Shown: positions 1-11,952, counted from the first letter of the stretch. The stretch is DNA of 64,000 nt from Octopus vulgaris (GCA_951406725.2 OX597826.1:76632001-76696000), one strand, 5' to 3'. Notes: a model not told the origin generated them from the letters alone. Made by a program: numbers and translations.

Positions 1-249
1 TTCCCCCATACCTTTGTGAGTTGGTTTAGGCAAACACTATCTGAGAGAGATCTTCTTTAAGTATTAGAAATAGCTGAAGAAATTTCTTTAGCTGCTATTT
101 CTAATGAGTTCAGTATGTGGCAAAGTAATTTATTTTACTAAGCCCTTATATATAATGTAATATTTTGAATTCGCCTAAAATGGTCCCTTTACATACTGAA
201 TACTTGGTGAAATTGATTAATAATTAATTAATTTTACCCTCAATTGTTG

Positions 250-330
<81 letters not shown>

Positions 331-461
331 ATTTGTGTGCGTGTATGTGTGTGTGTATATATATATATAAATATATATATAATAATAAATATTAGGGAAT
401 AAATCCAAATTTACAGGGAAAAAATCAGATTTAGGATTAAATCCAATTTTATAGTAAAATA

Positions 462-606
462 TTATAAAATATTATTAGAGACAAAACCACTATTTTGCAA
501 AACAAACAAGGAAAGACTTAATCAATACATAAAATTTTAATAAATAGTCAATATTAAGTCTTTCCTTGTTTGTTTTGCAAAATGTGGTTTGTCTCTAATA
601 ATATTT

Positions 607-611
<5 letters not shown>
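462..611. repeat. Inverted repeat with ~60-bp arms and a 30-nt spacer
   Basis: 462-522 is the reverse complement of 553-611 except for two 1-nt indels. Confidence 0.9.
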
Positions 612-650
<39 letters not shown>

Positions 651-692
651 GTTTAAAGTGTTGTATTTAGTTTTCACTTAATGTATATTTTG

Positions 693-728
<36 letters not shown>

Positions 729-730
729 TA

Positions 731-805
<75 letters not shown>

Positions 806-811
<6 letters not shown>

Positions 812-1230
812 GAATATATTTATATTTTAAAAGTATATTTATTAATTATTTTAGTATTGTAGTTATCTTTAACCTGATGAGTGGCTATATTTATATTGAA
901 GTGATTTTAATACTACTACTAGTATTTTTACGATAATCATTTCTTAAATATAGCCACGAAACACGTGTCGTTATTCTACCAAATATTTACGTTTTATTTA
1001 TTATTTTGCACTTTACTTTATCATCGTTAGATTCTTTATCTTATATTTGATCTTTCCATAATATGTAATTTTCTAGATGGTGTAATTTAATTTTTCCTTA
1101 TTGAATTGATAAAAGGTGTTTTTTTTCTAATTTGTATATATATTATATTTTGTGAAATTTGATTTAGTATTTCTAAATTGAATTTTCCCTGTAAGTTTGG
1201 AATTAGATTCTCTCATATCATTATTATATA
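806..1230 (+). mobile_element. Short non-coding Penelope-pLTR-like island carrying the hammerhead
   Basis: Bounded by (TA)n on both sides and contains the HHR. Its 3' end (TTTTCCCTGTAAGTTTGG, ~1183-1200) is similar to the inverted segment at ~390-424. Confidence 0.55.
859..979 (+). ncRNA. Minimal type I hammerhead ribozyme (Penelope pLTR/retrozyme-like)
   Basis: Core CTGATGA 874-880. Stem II GTGGCTATATTTA (881-893) pairs perfectly with TAAATATAGCCAC (945-957). GAAAC 958-962, palindromic loop ACGT, cleavage triplet GTC 967-969. Stem I TAAC/GTTA plus distal GTAG/CTAC. Confidence 0.85.
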
Positions 1231-1251
1231 TATACATATATATATATATAA

Positions 1252-1316
<65 letters not shown>

Positions 1317-1379
1317 TGTATATATACATATATATAGATATATGCATGTATATGTGCATATGTTTTATTTATTAATTTG

Positions 1380-1433
<54 letters not shown>

Positions 1434-3000
1434 CACTGGTGAAAATAAATTTAAACCCGATGATGAAAGTTCTATCTCTCACAACATATTTTGTTTCTAA
1501 CACCATAGAAATTATGTTTTTCTTTTACACCTTATGCAGAATTTATTTCTCTTTCGAATTTACCGGCAAATTTATTATAAGACCGTATCATTGTAATACT
1601 ATTTAAAGCTTAAGATTGTAGCAACAATGAGCAACAAGAACGAAATACATATTAGTACTTTGTGTCGTAGCCTTTATTCTTAATAACCGCTGAACAACGC
1701 CTCGGCATTGGATTCGCTAAGTGATTACAAAATTCTATGGGAATGTTTTGCCATATTTCATTGATATAATCGAATAATTGTTCTAGATGAGATAGTTTTT
1801 TGGCATGGACTTTTTTAGAAACATAAATCCACAAGTTTTCGATCGGATTCAGGTCTGGGCTCTGGGGAGGCCATTCGATTACGTCAAAATTATGGTGATA
1901 AAAAATTCCATAATCTTTTTGGATTTGTGTACAGGACTATTGTCCTGCTGATAAATAGCCCCGGGAGGCACTTGGTGAGTCAAATATAGCACAACATTAT
2001 CCTTTAGTAAATTCATATAACCTACACTATTTAGCTTTCCCATCAACTTTAACTAGAAGGCCAGCATCAAAGCTACTAAATGCCGCCCACACCATCACAC
2101 CATCACCTCCGCTTGCGCCGTTTTTTTCACGCATTTCAGATGGAATTCCTCGGTTGGGCGACATCTGACGTATCTTTTACCATCTGATCCAAATATTCAG
2201 AAGCGTGACTTTTCACTCCAAAGGACCCTGCACCAATATTCGGCTGTCCTTTGAGCATGGCTTTTTGTGAAATTAAGGCGTTTGAGTCGATTTCTTTCGG
2301 ATATTATTGGCTTTTTCCTACCTATTCATCCATGGAGTCCAAATTCTCTCAAACGGTTGCGGAGAGTTTGTGGTGTAAAAATAACACCATTCTCGTTGAA
2401 GAATTGTTTACAAATGTCAACGGCTCTCAGCATTCGGTTGCCTTCAGAAAGTCAGTGGATTCGATGGTCCAACAGCGCCGTCATTTTTCTTGGGGCACCA
2501 GTCCTTTGCCTATCTTTATATTGACCAGTCTCCGAGTATAACTTCCACGCTTGCACGCAAGCCATTTTACTGCACTTTAGTTGCTTGCTGATGTTCGAAA
2601 AGGAAACTTTTTTGCTTGTGGAGTAATACGATTTTTGCTCTCGTGACTGGACTGTAGCTACGTTGTTTTCCCATTATTAATCAATTGTATAATAACGTTA
2701 AATTATAACACTATATAGTGCAGCTAGTCTAGTTGTGTAACCACCCAATTTGGTAAAAAAATTTGCATATATATTACATGGTCTTAAACTAATTTTGCCG
2801 GTAAATTTGAAAAGTTTATATTAATTTAGCATTAGAATTCTTCAAGTTGCATAAAAATAGATATTGTCTGCATCATTCGAAAGAGAATTAAACTCTGCAT
2901 AAGGTGTAAAAGATAAAAATAATTTGTATAGTGTTAGTAACAAAATATTTTGTAAGAAATAGAACTTTTATCATCGGTCTAAAATTTATTTTCACCAGTG
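1434..3000 (-). mobile_element. Tc1-family DNA transposon, full length but decayed, with long TIRs
   Basis: Starts CACTGGTGAAAATAAATTT at 1434 and ends AAATTTATTTTCACCAGTG at 3000, flanked by TA. TIR similarity extends more than 120 bp. Confidence 0.92.
1652..2674 (-). pseudogene. Tc1-like DDE transposase pseudogene
   Basis: Minus-strand motifs MGKQRS.. (ATG at 2674), VLWSE, VMVWAAFS, QQDNSP, EWPPQSPDLNPIENLW and a C-terminus ..MPRRCSAVIKNKGYDTKY*. Frameshifts and stops lie between the motifs. Confidence 0.88.
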
Positions 3001-3134
3001 TATATATATCTATCTGACTCACCGCCTCTCTTCATCTGACACCCACTTCCTCTCTTTTTCCCCCAACCACTCACCATACTTGATCGCTAAATGCACAAGT
3101 TTTTTATTCTCTCTCTGTTTATTTTCTCTTATTC

Positions 3135-3170
3135 CTTTCTGTTGAAGAGCGTAGGCTTGAAACGTAAAAG
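3135..3170 (+). ncRNA. Ultra-minimal hammerhead-like motif with a variant core
   Basis: CTTT-CTGTTGA-A-GAGC gtag GCTT-GAAA-CG-TA-AAAG. Stem I is CTTT/AAAG and stem II is GAGC/GCTT. The core reads CUGUUGA rather than CUGANGA. The island ends TTTTCCTGTAAATTT then (TA)n. Confidence 0.5.
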
Positions 3171-3252
3171 ACTCTCACTTTCCAGAGCGTTAAGCTAATA
3201 CACGTTCTTGTTGTTCATACACGTCTTCGTCTTTTGTTTTCCTGTAAATTTA

Positions 3253-3298
<46 letters not shown>

Positions 3299-3365
3299 CT
3301 GCTAAAATTAATTCACAAACACACATATAACACATGTAGCTCCAAAGGGAAATATTTTTCTTCTG

Positions 3366-3455
<90 letters not shown>

Positions 3456-3531
3456 GTGTGTGTGCGTGTGTGTGTGCGCATGTGTGTGCGTGTGTCTGTG
3501 TATGTATATATGCATGTGTGTTTTTATGTCT

Positions 3532-3720
3532 CACAACCAATGTTGGTGTGTTTATGTCCCTGTAACTTACCCGTTCGGCAAAAGTGACCGAAATAATAAG
3601 TACTAGGCTTACAAAACATAAGTACTGCGGTCGATTTCATCAACTAAAACCCTTTAAGGCGGTGCTTCAGTATGGTCTCAGTGAAATGACTGAAACATGT
3701 AAAAGAATAAAAGAATAAAA
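3532..3720 (+). mobile_element. SINE family B, 3' half
   Basis: Matches 44095-44290 (GTTCGGCAAAAG..ATAAGTACTAGGCTTAC..ATGACTGAAAC, AAAAGAAT tail). Confidence 0.8.
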
Positions 3721-4021
3721 GAAAAAAAGAATATATATATATACACACATATATATATATACACATATATATATATAAGCTTAATGCTTTTGTGATCAAT
3801 AATGACTAGTTTTTGTCGTTTCTTTTTATTCGTTCCCTTTTGTGTGTGTTCGCGTTTCGGGGAAGTTTAACATGTGAGAACGATAAAATACTGCTCCGAA
3901 TTCTATCCAAAAACATCGGGAATAAAGACAAATGGAGCCTAAAATAACGGACAAAGTGTTGGACTATGTCCAAGTAAGTAATACTCATTGGAATTTATTT
4001 CTATTTTCCGAATGAAACGCT

Positions 4022-4082
<61 letters not shown>

Positions 4083-4094
4083 GAATGAAACGCT

Positions 4095-4179
<85 letters not shown>

Positions 4180-4191
4180 GAATGAAACGCT

Positions 4192-4229
<38 letters not shown>

Positions 4230-4800
4230 GCCTTTGCACAGAATCTAACGCTGGAGATGTATTACGGTGTCGGCTGTTCACTACCAGTGAACTAAGGTAA
4301 CACTTTTTATTTTTCGACCACCTTCTGGAATATTCGAGCGGTTCCAAGCAGTGCTGTTTTCTGCAAGTGCTCCACCCTTATTGCAGCCCAAATTTTTTCC
4401 ATGTGCTTCTCAAGATTTTTACTCCCTGTTCTCAGGGCTCCGTCAATTATTGGTATCACTACCCCCTTTTTCATTGATCACAACAGCTTAACCTCCCAAG
4501 CTAACTTGTCATATCTATAGACTTTTCTTTATTCCTTATCGCATACTTTGTTGTCAGCTGGCCATGCTATATCTATGATCCATCATCGTTTGCTTTCTTT
4601 ATAAATTAACACTATGTTTGGTTTACTATTCTCTATCTCGTGGTCGCACTGAATCATAAAATCCTATAGGATCTTTGCATTATCATTTTCGATGCATTAT
4701 TATTTTTGGGTTTATGTTCGTACCATTTTTTTGCTCTGTCAAGTTCATACTTGTTGCAAAATGTCAAATGATAATAAATGGACATAGTATTTCCATTTAT
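4230..4800 (-). mobile_element. R4/Dong-type non-LTR retrotransposon 3' fragment (RLE domain, decayed)
   Basis: Minus translation ..KKWYEHKP..DFMIQCDHEIENSKPNIV..IIDIAWPAD..LQKTALLGTARIFQKV; ends in (TAA)n. Confidence 0.8.
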
Positions 4801-4807
4801 TATGATA

Positions 4808-4884
<77 letters not shown>

Positions 4885-4925
4885 TGATGATGATGACAAT
4901 AATAATAATAATGATGATGATGGTG

Positions 4926-4969
<44 letters not shown>

Positions 4970-4971
<2 letters not shown>

Positions 4972-5471
4972 AGACCGAACCATCAAGGCCAATAAACCAG
5001 ATATTGTTGTGAAAGACCAAAACAATAAAGTTTGCTTATTAATCGACATGAGCATCCCCTGTGATCATAATATCTCAGCGAAAGAGTTTGACAAGCTCAG
5101 AAAATATAAAGACCTACTCATTGAAATTGAGAAAATGTGGCATCTCAAGGCGGTTACAATACCAGTGATCGTAGGAGCACTAGGAATGATCGAGAAGGGA
5201 ACCGAAAATTATATGAGACTGATCCCTAGCTTACCATCCCTGCACGAAGTGCAAAAGATTGTCTTAACTGGTACATCAAACGTATTGAGAAGAGCATTGT
5301 CAATGTGACAACTGTTGCTGCTCATGTATTTTAATATAACTTAAAAAAAAAAATGAACGAACTATTGAGTTTGGTTTAATGGCCTACCAATGTATACTAT
5401 GAGTTTCTTTGCCCTAGGAGTCGGGAAGACACTCGGCAAGAAATGGAAGCAAATTTGAAAGAAGAAAAAAA
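4970..5471 (+). mobile_element. R4/Dong-type 3' fragment (RLE plus 3' UTR)
   Basis: TDRTIKANKPDIVVKD..LIDMSIPCD..KLRKYKDL..IPVIVGALG..LTGTSNVLRRALSM* (stop at 5308). (TAA)n on both sides. Confidence 0.9.
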
Positions 5472-5523
<52 letters not shown>

Positions 5524-5558
5524 TAATAATAATAATAATAATAATAATGATGATGGTG

Positions 5559-5634
<76 letters not shown>

Positions 5635-5819
5635 TTTAGCCAAAACTCATGTCGGATCAGAGGAAATATTAAAAATGACAAATAGTAAAAGAATGAAAAT
5701 AATAACAGTGATGATAATAATAATAATGAAAGTAAGTGGTTGGAATCTCCCCTTGTCCTAATTGATGATATATCTAGTGATGGTGTCACAATAAAAACAC
5801 TGGTAATTGTGCAATCTGA

Positions 5820-6044
5820 TAATCGTTACTTCATGTGAGTGGCAACGTAGAAACAAAATATTGTGAATAAGAGTCGTAATGAAACCGAAGACCTTGATGG
5901 TGATAGTGTTGCACTCGGCAGGCTCAGAGATACTGGTCCGACTCCAGCTTGTCGTTATTCAGCAAGAGAACAGTAAACACAGCATATATGGAACAAACAA
6001 GTCAATGCTGTGGTCATGAAGTGTTACTATCTGAGCAACCCAGT
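5820..6044 (+). mobile_element. Probable R4/Dong 5' or N-terminal fragment
   Basis: Reads ..WNKQVNAVVMKCYYLSNP, resembling the N-terminal motif of R4/Dong ORFs; abuts TAA repeats. Confidence 0.5.
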
Positions 6045-6061
6045 ATAATTATTATTATTAT

Positions 6062-6305
6062 TCTATGTTTGTCTTTTGCTTTACATTTGTGCGAGTTGGC
6101 TGCAAGTCTCACCCAGAGACCTCAAGAGACAACAAGTTGGAAGTTCATGTTGGTGCTATGCCTAGAGTGCCATATATTTGGTTTTGTACTTAGTGTTGTA
6201 CTAGTGAATCTCTAAAAAACATACGAAAATTATGTTTGTTTTAAAACTTGAGATTACATAGAAAGTATTTTGCGTAGGATATGAGCAGTTCCCATGAGCA
6301 CTATG

Positions 6306-6307
<2 letters not shown>
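6062..6307 (-). mobile_element. R4/Dong 3' end fragment
   Basis: Minus translation IVLMGTAHILRKILSM*, then a 3' UTR and (TAA)n. Confidence 0.8.
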
Positions 6308-6384
<77 letters not shown>

Positions 6385-6775
6385 TACTTTTAATCTGCAT
6401 GTTTGTTACAATAATTCATCTGCATGTTTGTTACAATAACTCGCCGCAACACATCCATCGTCGTAGGGCGAGTGAAGGATAAAACGTGCTACAATTTGAC
6501 TGAAAGCTTGAGGAAAGGAATGGCGGTATCAGTAGCGAAATATCTTCATGTAATAAAATACATACATTTAAATGGATAGGGTCTTTCTACGGGTGTGGGC
6601 AGTAGTAGTCAGCATAGTCTCTTGGATTTCTCCGAGACATGGTTTTCCTGGGATATCATCTAGCTGTTTCTCACATCCCTTTCTTATCATACCTAGAACA
6701 CCCACGATAACAGGATAAGTTCTCGCTTTAAGATGGCACATCTTTTGTATTTTGATTTCCAGGTCGTTATATTTA
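6385..6775 (-). mobile_element. R4/Dong 3' end fragment of a different subfamily
   Basis: KYNDLEIKIQKMCHLKARTYPVIVGVLGMIRKG..TTAHTRRKTLSI*, with a distinct 3' UTR. Confidence 0.82.
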
Positions 6776-6795
6776 ATTATTATTATTATTATTAT

Positions 6796-8940
6796 TCAGT
6801 AGTTTTATTTTTATTTTTATAGCGTGCTTTCACTTCACTACCGAGCACAGCTCTGTGTGCCTTGGGTTTGTGCTGTGATTTGTTGTGATGCTCTGATGGT
6901 TATTGTATGGAAAGTGTTCTGCGTAGGATGTGTGCAGTGCCCAGTAGTGCAATTTTCTGTATGTTATATGTGTTTGTAAGTCCTGGTGTTTTTGTTATGT
7001 ATTTGTCTGAATATTTTTTTATCATGCCTAATGCACCTACTATGATAGGAATTGTTTCTGTTTTCAGATTCCACATTCTAGTTACCTCTATTTCCAGGTC
7101 TTTGTATTTTGAGAGTTTCTCCATTTCTTTTAGAGACACGTTGTCATCTGCCGGTACTGATACATCAATTAGAAAGCATTTTTTTCTTCATGGTCTCTGA
7201 CAACTATATCTGGTCTGTTGGCCTTAATTTCTCTATCTGTGTGTATCGGCATATCCCAGAGTATGGTTGCTTTCTCGTTTTCTGTGACCTTTTCTGGTGT
7301 GTGCCTATACCATCTTTTTTCTGTTGTTATTCCATAATGTTGGCATAGCTTCCAATGTATGTAAGTTCCAACTCTGTCATGTCTGTGAATATATTCCTTC
7401 TTAGCCAGGACTGGGCAGCTAGAGATAATATGATTTATTGTTTCTTGTCCATCTCCACATATTCTGCAGTTACTTGTAATATTTCTTTTCATTACATGTT
7501 TTTGGTAATTTCTGGTGGGGAGGCTTTGGTCTTGTGCTGCAATTAAAAATCCCTCTGTTTCTGCTTTGAGTCCTGAGCTTCTCAACCATTGCTGGGATTT
7601 TTCTTTGTCTATTTCTTTTGCGTTTAGTTTAGTCCAGTATTTACCATGAAGGGGCTTTTCTTGCCATCGTTTTATCATGGTTCGTTGCTGTTCTATTTTT
7701 AGTTTGGATTTCATTTTTTTTATAGCTTTTGTTGTTTCTTCATCTTCTTCTTCTTCTTCTTCATGTTTATTAGGTGGTATGATTTCTTGTTTGTATTTGT
7801 CAGCTTCCTTAAATACTGAGAACAGTTTTTTGTTTTGCTCGTGTTTTGCCGCTATCTGGATCAGTTTTCCTTCCTTCTGAAGTAGATATTTTTGCAGTCC
7901 TATGGTGGTTATTTTATAGTAGTTTTCCAGCTGTATAAGGCCTCTACCACCTTCTATACGTTGTATATATAGTCTTTCTATGTCAGATTTTGGGTGATGC
8001 ATCCTAGATCCTGTCATTATTTTTCTTGTTTTCCTGTCTATTTTGGTCAGTTCATTTCGTGTCCAGTTAAGGATATTGTAGCTGTAACTTATAACTGGGA
8101 CAGCTAAAGTGTTGATACCTATTATCTTGTTTTTAGCATTGAGCTCTGTGTTTAGTATTGATCTAACTCGTCTATAATATTCTTTTTTTATTTTCTCTTT
8201 CATTTGTGTGTGTTGTGTCTTATCTAGTTCATGGATTCCTAAGTATTTGTAAGTTTGGCTTTGGTCTAATTCTTCTATTTCATTTGCTTCATCTAGTGTG
8301 ATGTTGTTACTCTTAACTAGTTTTCCTCTTTTCATGGTTACTTTGGCGCATTTTTCTAATCCAAATTTCATATCTATTTCTTTGGTAAATCCATGAACTG
8401 TCTTTAATAGTGTTTCCAGCTGTTTGTCATTTGCAGCGTATAGTTTTAGGTCATCCATATATAAAAGGTGGCTGATCGTTTGGCCGTAACATTTATATCC
8501 GCATCCAGTTCTATTTAGCATATCAGATAGAGGTGACAGTGCTAAGCAGAAAAGGAGTGGAGAGAGCGTATCTCCCTGGAATATTCCTCTTCTAATGGGG
8601 ATGTCTTTTGTTTTCATGAGTCCCTCTTTTGTTTGGAGGTGTAGGACTGTTTGCCATTTATTCATAGAGTGCTCTATGAATTTTATGATTGTTGGTGCTA
8701 CTTTGTTAATGGCTAGTGTTTCGAGGATCCATGTGTGGGGGATGCTATCAAACGCCTTTTTGTAGTCAATCCAGGCCATACTGAGGCCTTTCTTCTTTCT
8801 GTGGCTGTCTTCAGTTATGGCTTTATTAATCATTAGTTGATCTTTACAGCCATATGAGCCTTTGCGGCATCCTTTCTGCTCTTCTGGGAACAGTTTGTTT
8901 TCGTCCAGGTGCTTGTTCAGCCTTTGTGATATCACAATGA
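6796..8940 (-). mobile_element. 5'-truncated, young R4/Dong-clade non-LTR retrotransposon
   Basis: (TAA)n on both sides; contains RT, CCHC knuckle, RLE and a 3' UTR at 6796-6899. Confidence 0.93.
6900..8935 (-). pseudogene. Reverse transcriptase + CCHC + restriction-like endonuclease ORF (5'-truncated, one frameshift)
   Basis: 588-aa ORF with QKGCRKG, WIDYKKAFDS, GIFQGDTLSPLLF, HLLYMDDLKL, YKYLG, CRICGDGQETINHIISSC, RHD and RPDIV. After a frameshift in the A7 run (7179-7185) it continues as CFLIDVSVP..EKLSKYKDL..LLGTAHILRRTLSIQ*. Confidence 0.93.
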
Positions 8941-8946
8941 TTTGTG

Positions 8947-9006
<60 letters not shown>

Positions 9007-9292
9007 TTCTGATTTCAAATCCGACCTAGAGCAGACCGTCTCTTATCTCTGTTGGCATGGTAATAAACATACCAATTAAGCATAGGGGTCAAAATGTAGC
9101 TATTAAACGGAGAGTTATACGCGTTACCTGCAAGTATTTCAATATAAAATTACATTTGATAACATGATAGCTAGGGTACATGGACGACTTAGCCACCTCG
9201 CAATAAATACAATATTTATATGTGCATGCATATCTACATATTTATGTGTGTGTGTGTATATGCATGTATGCATGTATCTGTGTATGTGTGTG

Positions 9293-9324
<32 letters not shown>

Positions 9325-9618
9325 CGTATACAAACACATATATTTATATAAAATACATACATACAATCACATACATATATATACATACATTTATACATAA
9401 ACATATATACATATATACTCACACATATATATACATACATTTATACATATATATATACATACATAAGTATATATATATATATGTATATATATATATGTAA
9501 GCAGAGATACACATAGACACACAAGCATACACGGGTGTACCTACGCAGGTATGAATTCCTAAGAACACACTGATGTGCGCACGTGTACGTGCATGAGTGC
9601 GTGTGTAAGTATGAGTGG

Positions 9619-9651
<33 letters not shown>

Positions 9652-9905
9652 ACCGATTGAATTAGCTATTTTCTATCATTCCTTCTCTTTGTTTAAGAAT
9701 TTTTTTTCTTATTTCTTCGCTGGTATCTGCTGGCAAAAACTATTAGTTATAGATTAAAAATTAAAAAAAAGGTAGCATAACCATGTAGGAGTTTATATAT
9801 GTGCACATATTTCATATATACACACACATGCATATATATGTATATACGTGTATACATGTATGAATTAATGTATATAAGTATATATATATGTGTATATATT
9901 TATAG

Positions 9906-9950
<45 letters not shown>

Positions 9951-9996
9951 TATATATATATATATGTATATGTATATATATATACATATATATGTA

Positions 9997-10037
<41 letters not shown>

Positions 10038-10117
10038 ACATATATTTATACGTCTATGCACATATATATGGTAAAGCTATTTCTCGGCGAAATTTAATTA
10101 ATTTTTCTACGCAACCA

Positions 10118-10150
<33 letters not shown>

Positions 10151-10204
10151 CATATATATATATATATATATATGTATTTTATATAAATATATGTGTGTGT
10201 ATAC

Positions 10205-10241
<37 letters not shown>

Positions 10242-10562
10242 AATGCCTTTCTCTATTACACACTATATGTATTCCCTTGTTTATTATGTATTTTTTTTAT
10301 TACTGTTTGTTTTGTGTGTCTCGGATTCCATCTTGCTGCTCTCTGCCCAAGAAAGATATAAGAGTGAATGAAACAGAAATATCGCACGTATAAAAACAAC
10401 AAGTGCTAGAATGAAATAACCTGTTTAAATATGTATTACGATGTTTATTTATTGTTTTGCTTTCTGTTTGTATATTTATCGAATTGATTTGGCGATTGGC
10501 TTAATTTTTGCCTTTTATTTCCTTCTTTGAACACAAAAAACAAAAATAAAATAATGATAATA

Positions 10563-10657
<95 letters not shown>

Positions 10658-10869
10658 GAAGAAGGTGAAGAAAAAAAGATAAAGATGTCCAGATTGAAAA
10701 GTCGATTCATTTATGTAACATTTTCACACGTATACACGCGCCCAGACATACGTACGTGTATTTGTGAGTATATATATATCTAAACACGTGCACACACACA
10801 CACACACACATATATATATACATTGATGAAAACGGTAAGATAACAAAAGAAAGAAAGAGACCTTAATAT

Positions 10870-10917
<48 letters not shown>

Positions 10918-11433
10918 TATATATATATATAAATATAAATGTATATATGTATATACAAAGTTATGTGTGTATGTGTGTTTGCTTCTTTGTACAAGTGTAT
11001 ATACATGTGTATATATAAGGATAAGGAAACGCACATGTGGGTATATATTGCTGTATGTAAAATAGCGAGTATATACAAGCGGTCGTGTAGGTTCAGTGTT
11101 GAAGACAAGAAAACTTTGCGACAATTCTTTCTCCCGATTTGGTGAAGTCAATAAAAAGCCAAATTCCTATCTGAACATGCAGTCGCAGAGAGGGATATAA
11201 ACACACACGGACACAGAATATGACACACACATACGCACGCACACACACACCCAATCGCGAGCGCATATAGATAATTTCCCCAAAAAAAGTTTTCATCCCA
11301 GAATGCTTTAATATTTTAAGAGATGTTGCTATTATTACTCTGCAATCTTATCTGCTCCTCCCACAAAACAAAAGGTAGTCTCTTATATCTATGTACACGC
11401 CTGCGCGCCGACGCGAGTAAACCACCCCGTACG

Positions 11434-11466
<33 letters not shown>

Positions 11467-11550
11467 CTATGGAAGGCTTCTCGTTATGCCTATATACCTA
11501 CATACACACATGTACATTCATGATTCCGTACATATGTGTGTGTGTGAGTA

Positions 11551-11618
11551 ATTAAGGCAAGGCAAATATCTCAAGTCATATACGATATTATGACTTGAGA
11601 TATCTGTCTTGCTTTAAT
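11551..11618. repeat. 68-nt hairpin (30-bp arms, 8-nt loop)
   Basis: ATTAAGGCAAGGCAAATATCTCAAGTCATA / TATGACTTGAGATATCTGTCTTGCTTTAAT; on + it has two G.U pairs and one mismatch. Confidence 0.85.
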
Positions 11619-11860
11619 GTTTGACGTCCTGTTTAACTAATAATATATATATATACATATATGTGTGTGTGTGTGCATAAATATACATATATATATGTAT
11701 ACGTACACACACACATGTACACACACACGCATATATATATATATACGCACGCACACACATATATATATATACGCACGCACACATACACACATACGCACAC
11801 ATACATATATATTTGATATAATATATCAAATAAAATCAAAAACAGAACACAAAGGATATC

Positions 11861-11952
11861 GCGGTACACGTGTTTCAAGCTTTATAAACGATCTGTTCAT
11901 TACATCAGTGCATAATAGATATAAAAGATGGTTTAAAGCTCTCTTCAGCCGC
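11861..11952 (-). ncRNA. Minimal type I hammerhead ribozyme
   Basis: Minus strand: GCGG-CTGAAGA-GAGCTTTA...TAAAGCTT-GAAAC-ACGT-GTA-CCGC. Stem I GCGG/CCGC, long stem II, palindromic ACGT loop, GUA cleavage site. Confidence 0.85.

Noticed and set aside
3862-3872. CCCCGAAACGCG on the minus strand (hammerhead 3'-half-like)
   Set aside because: No UH triplet after the palindrome and no upstream CUGANGA with a matching stem II.
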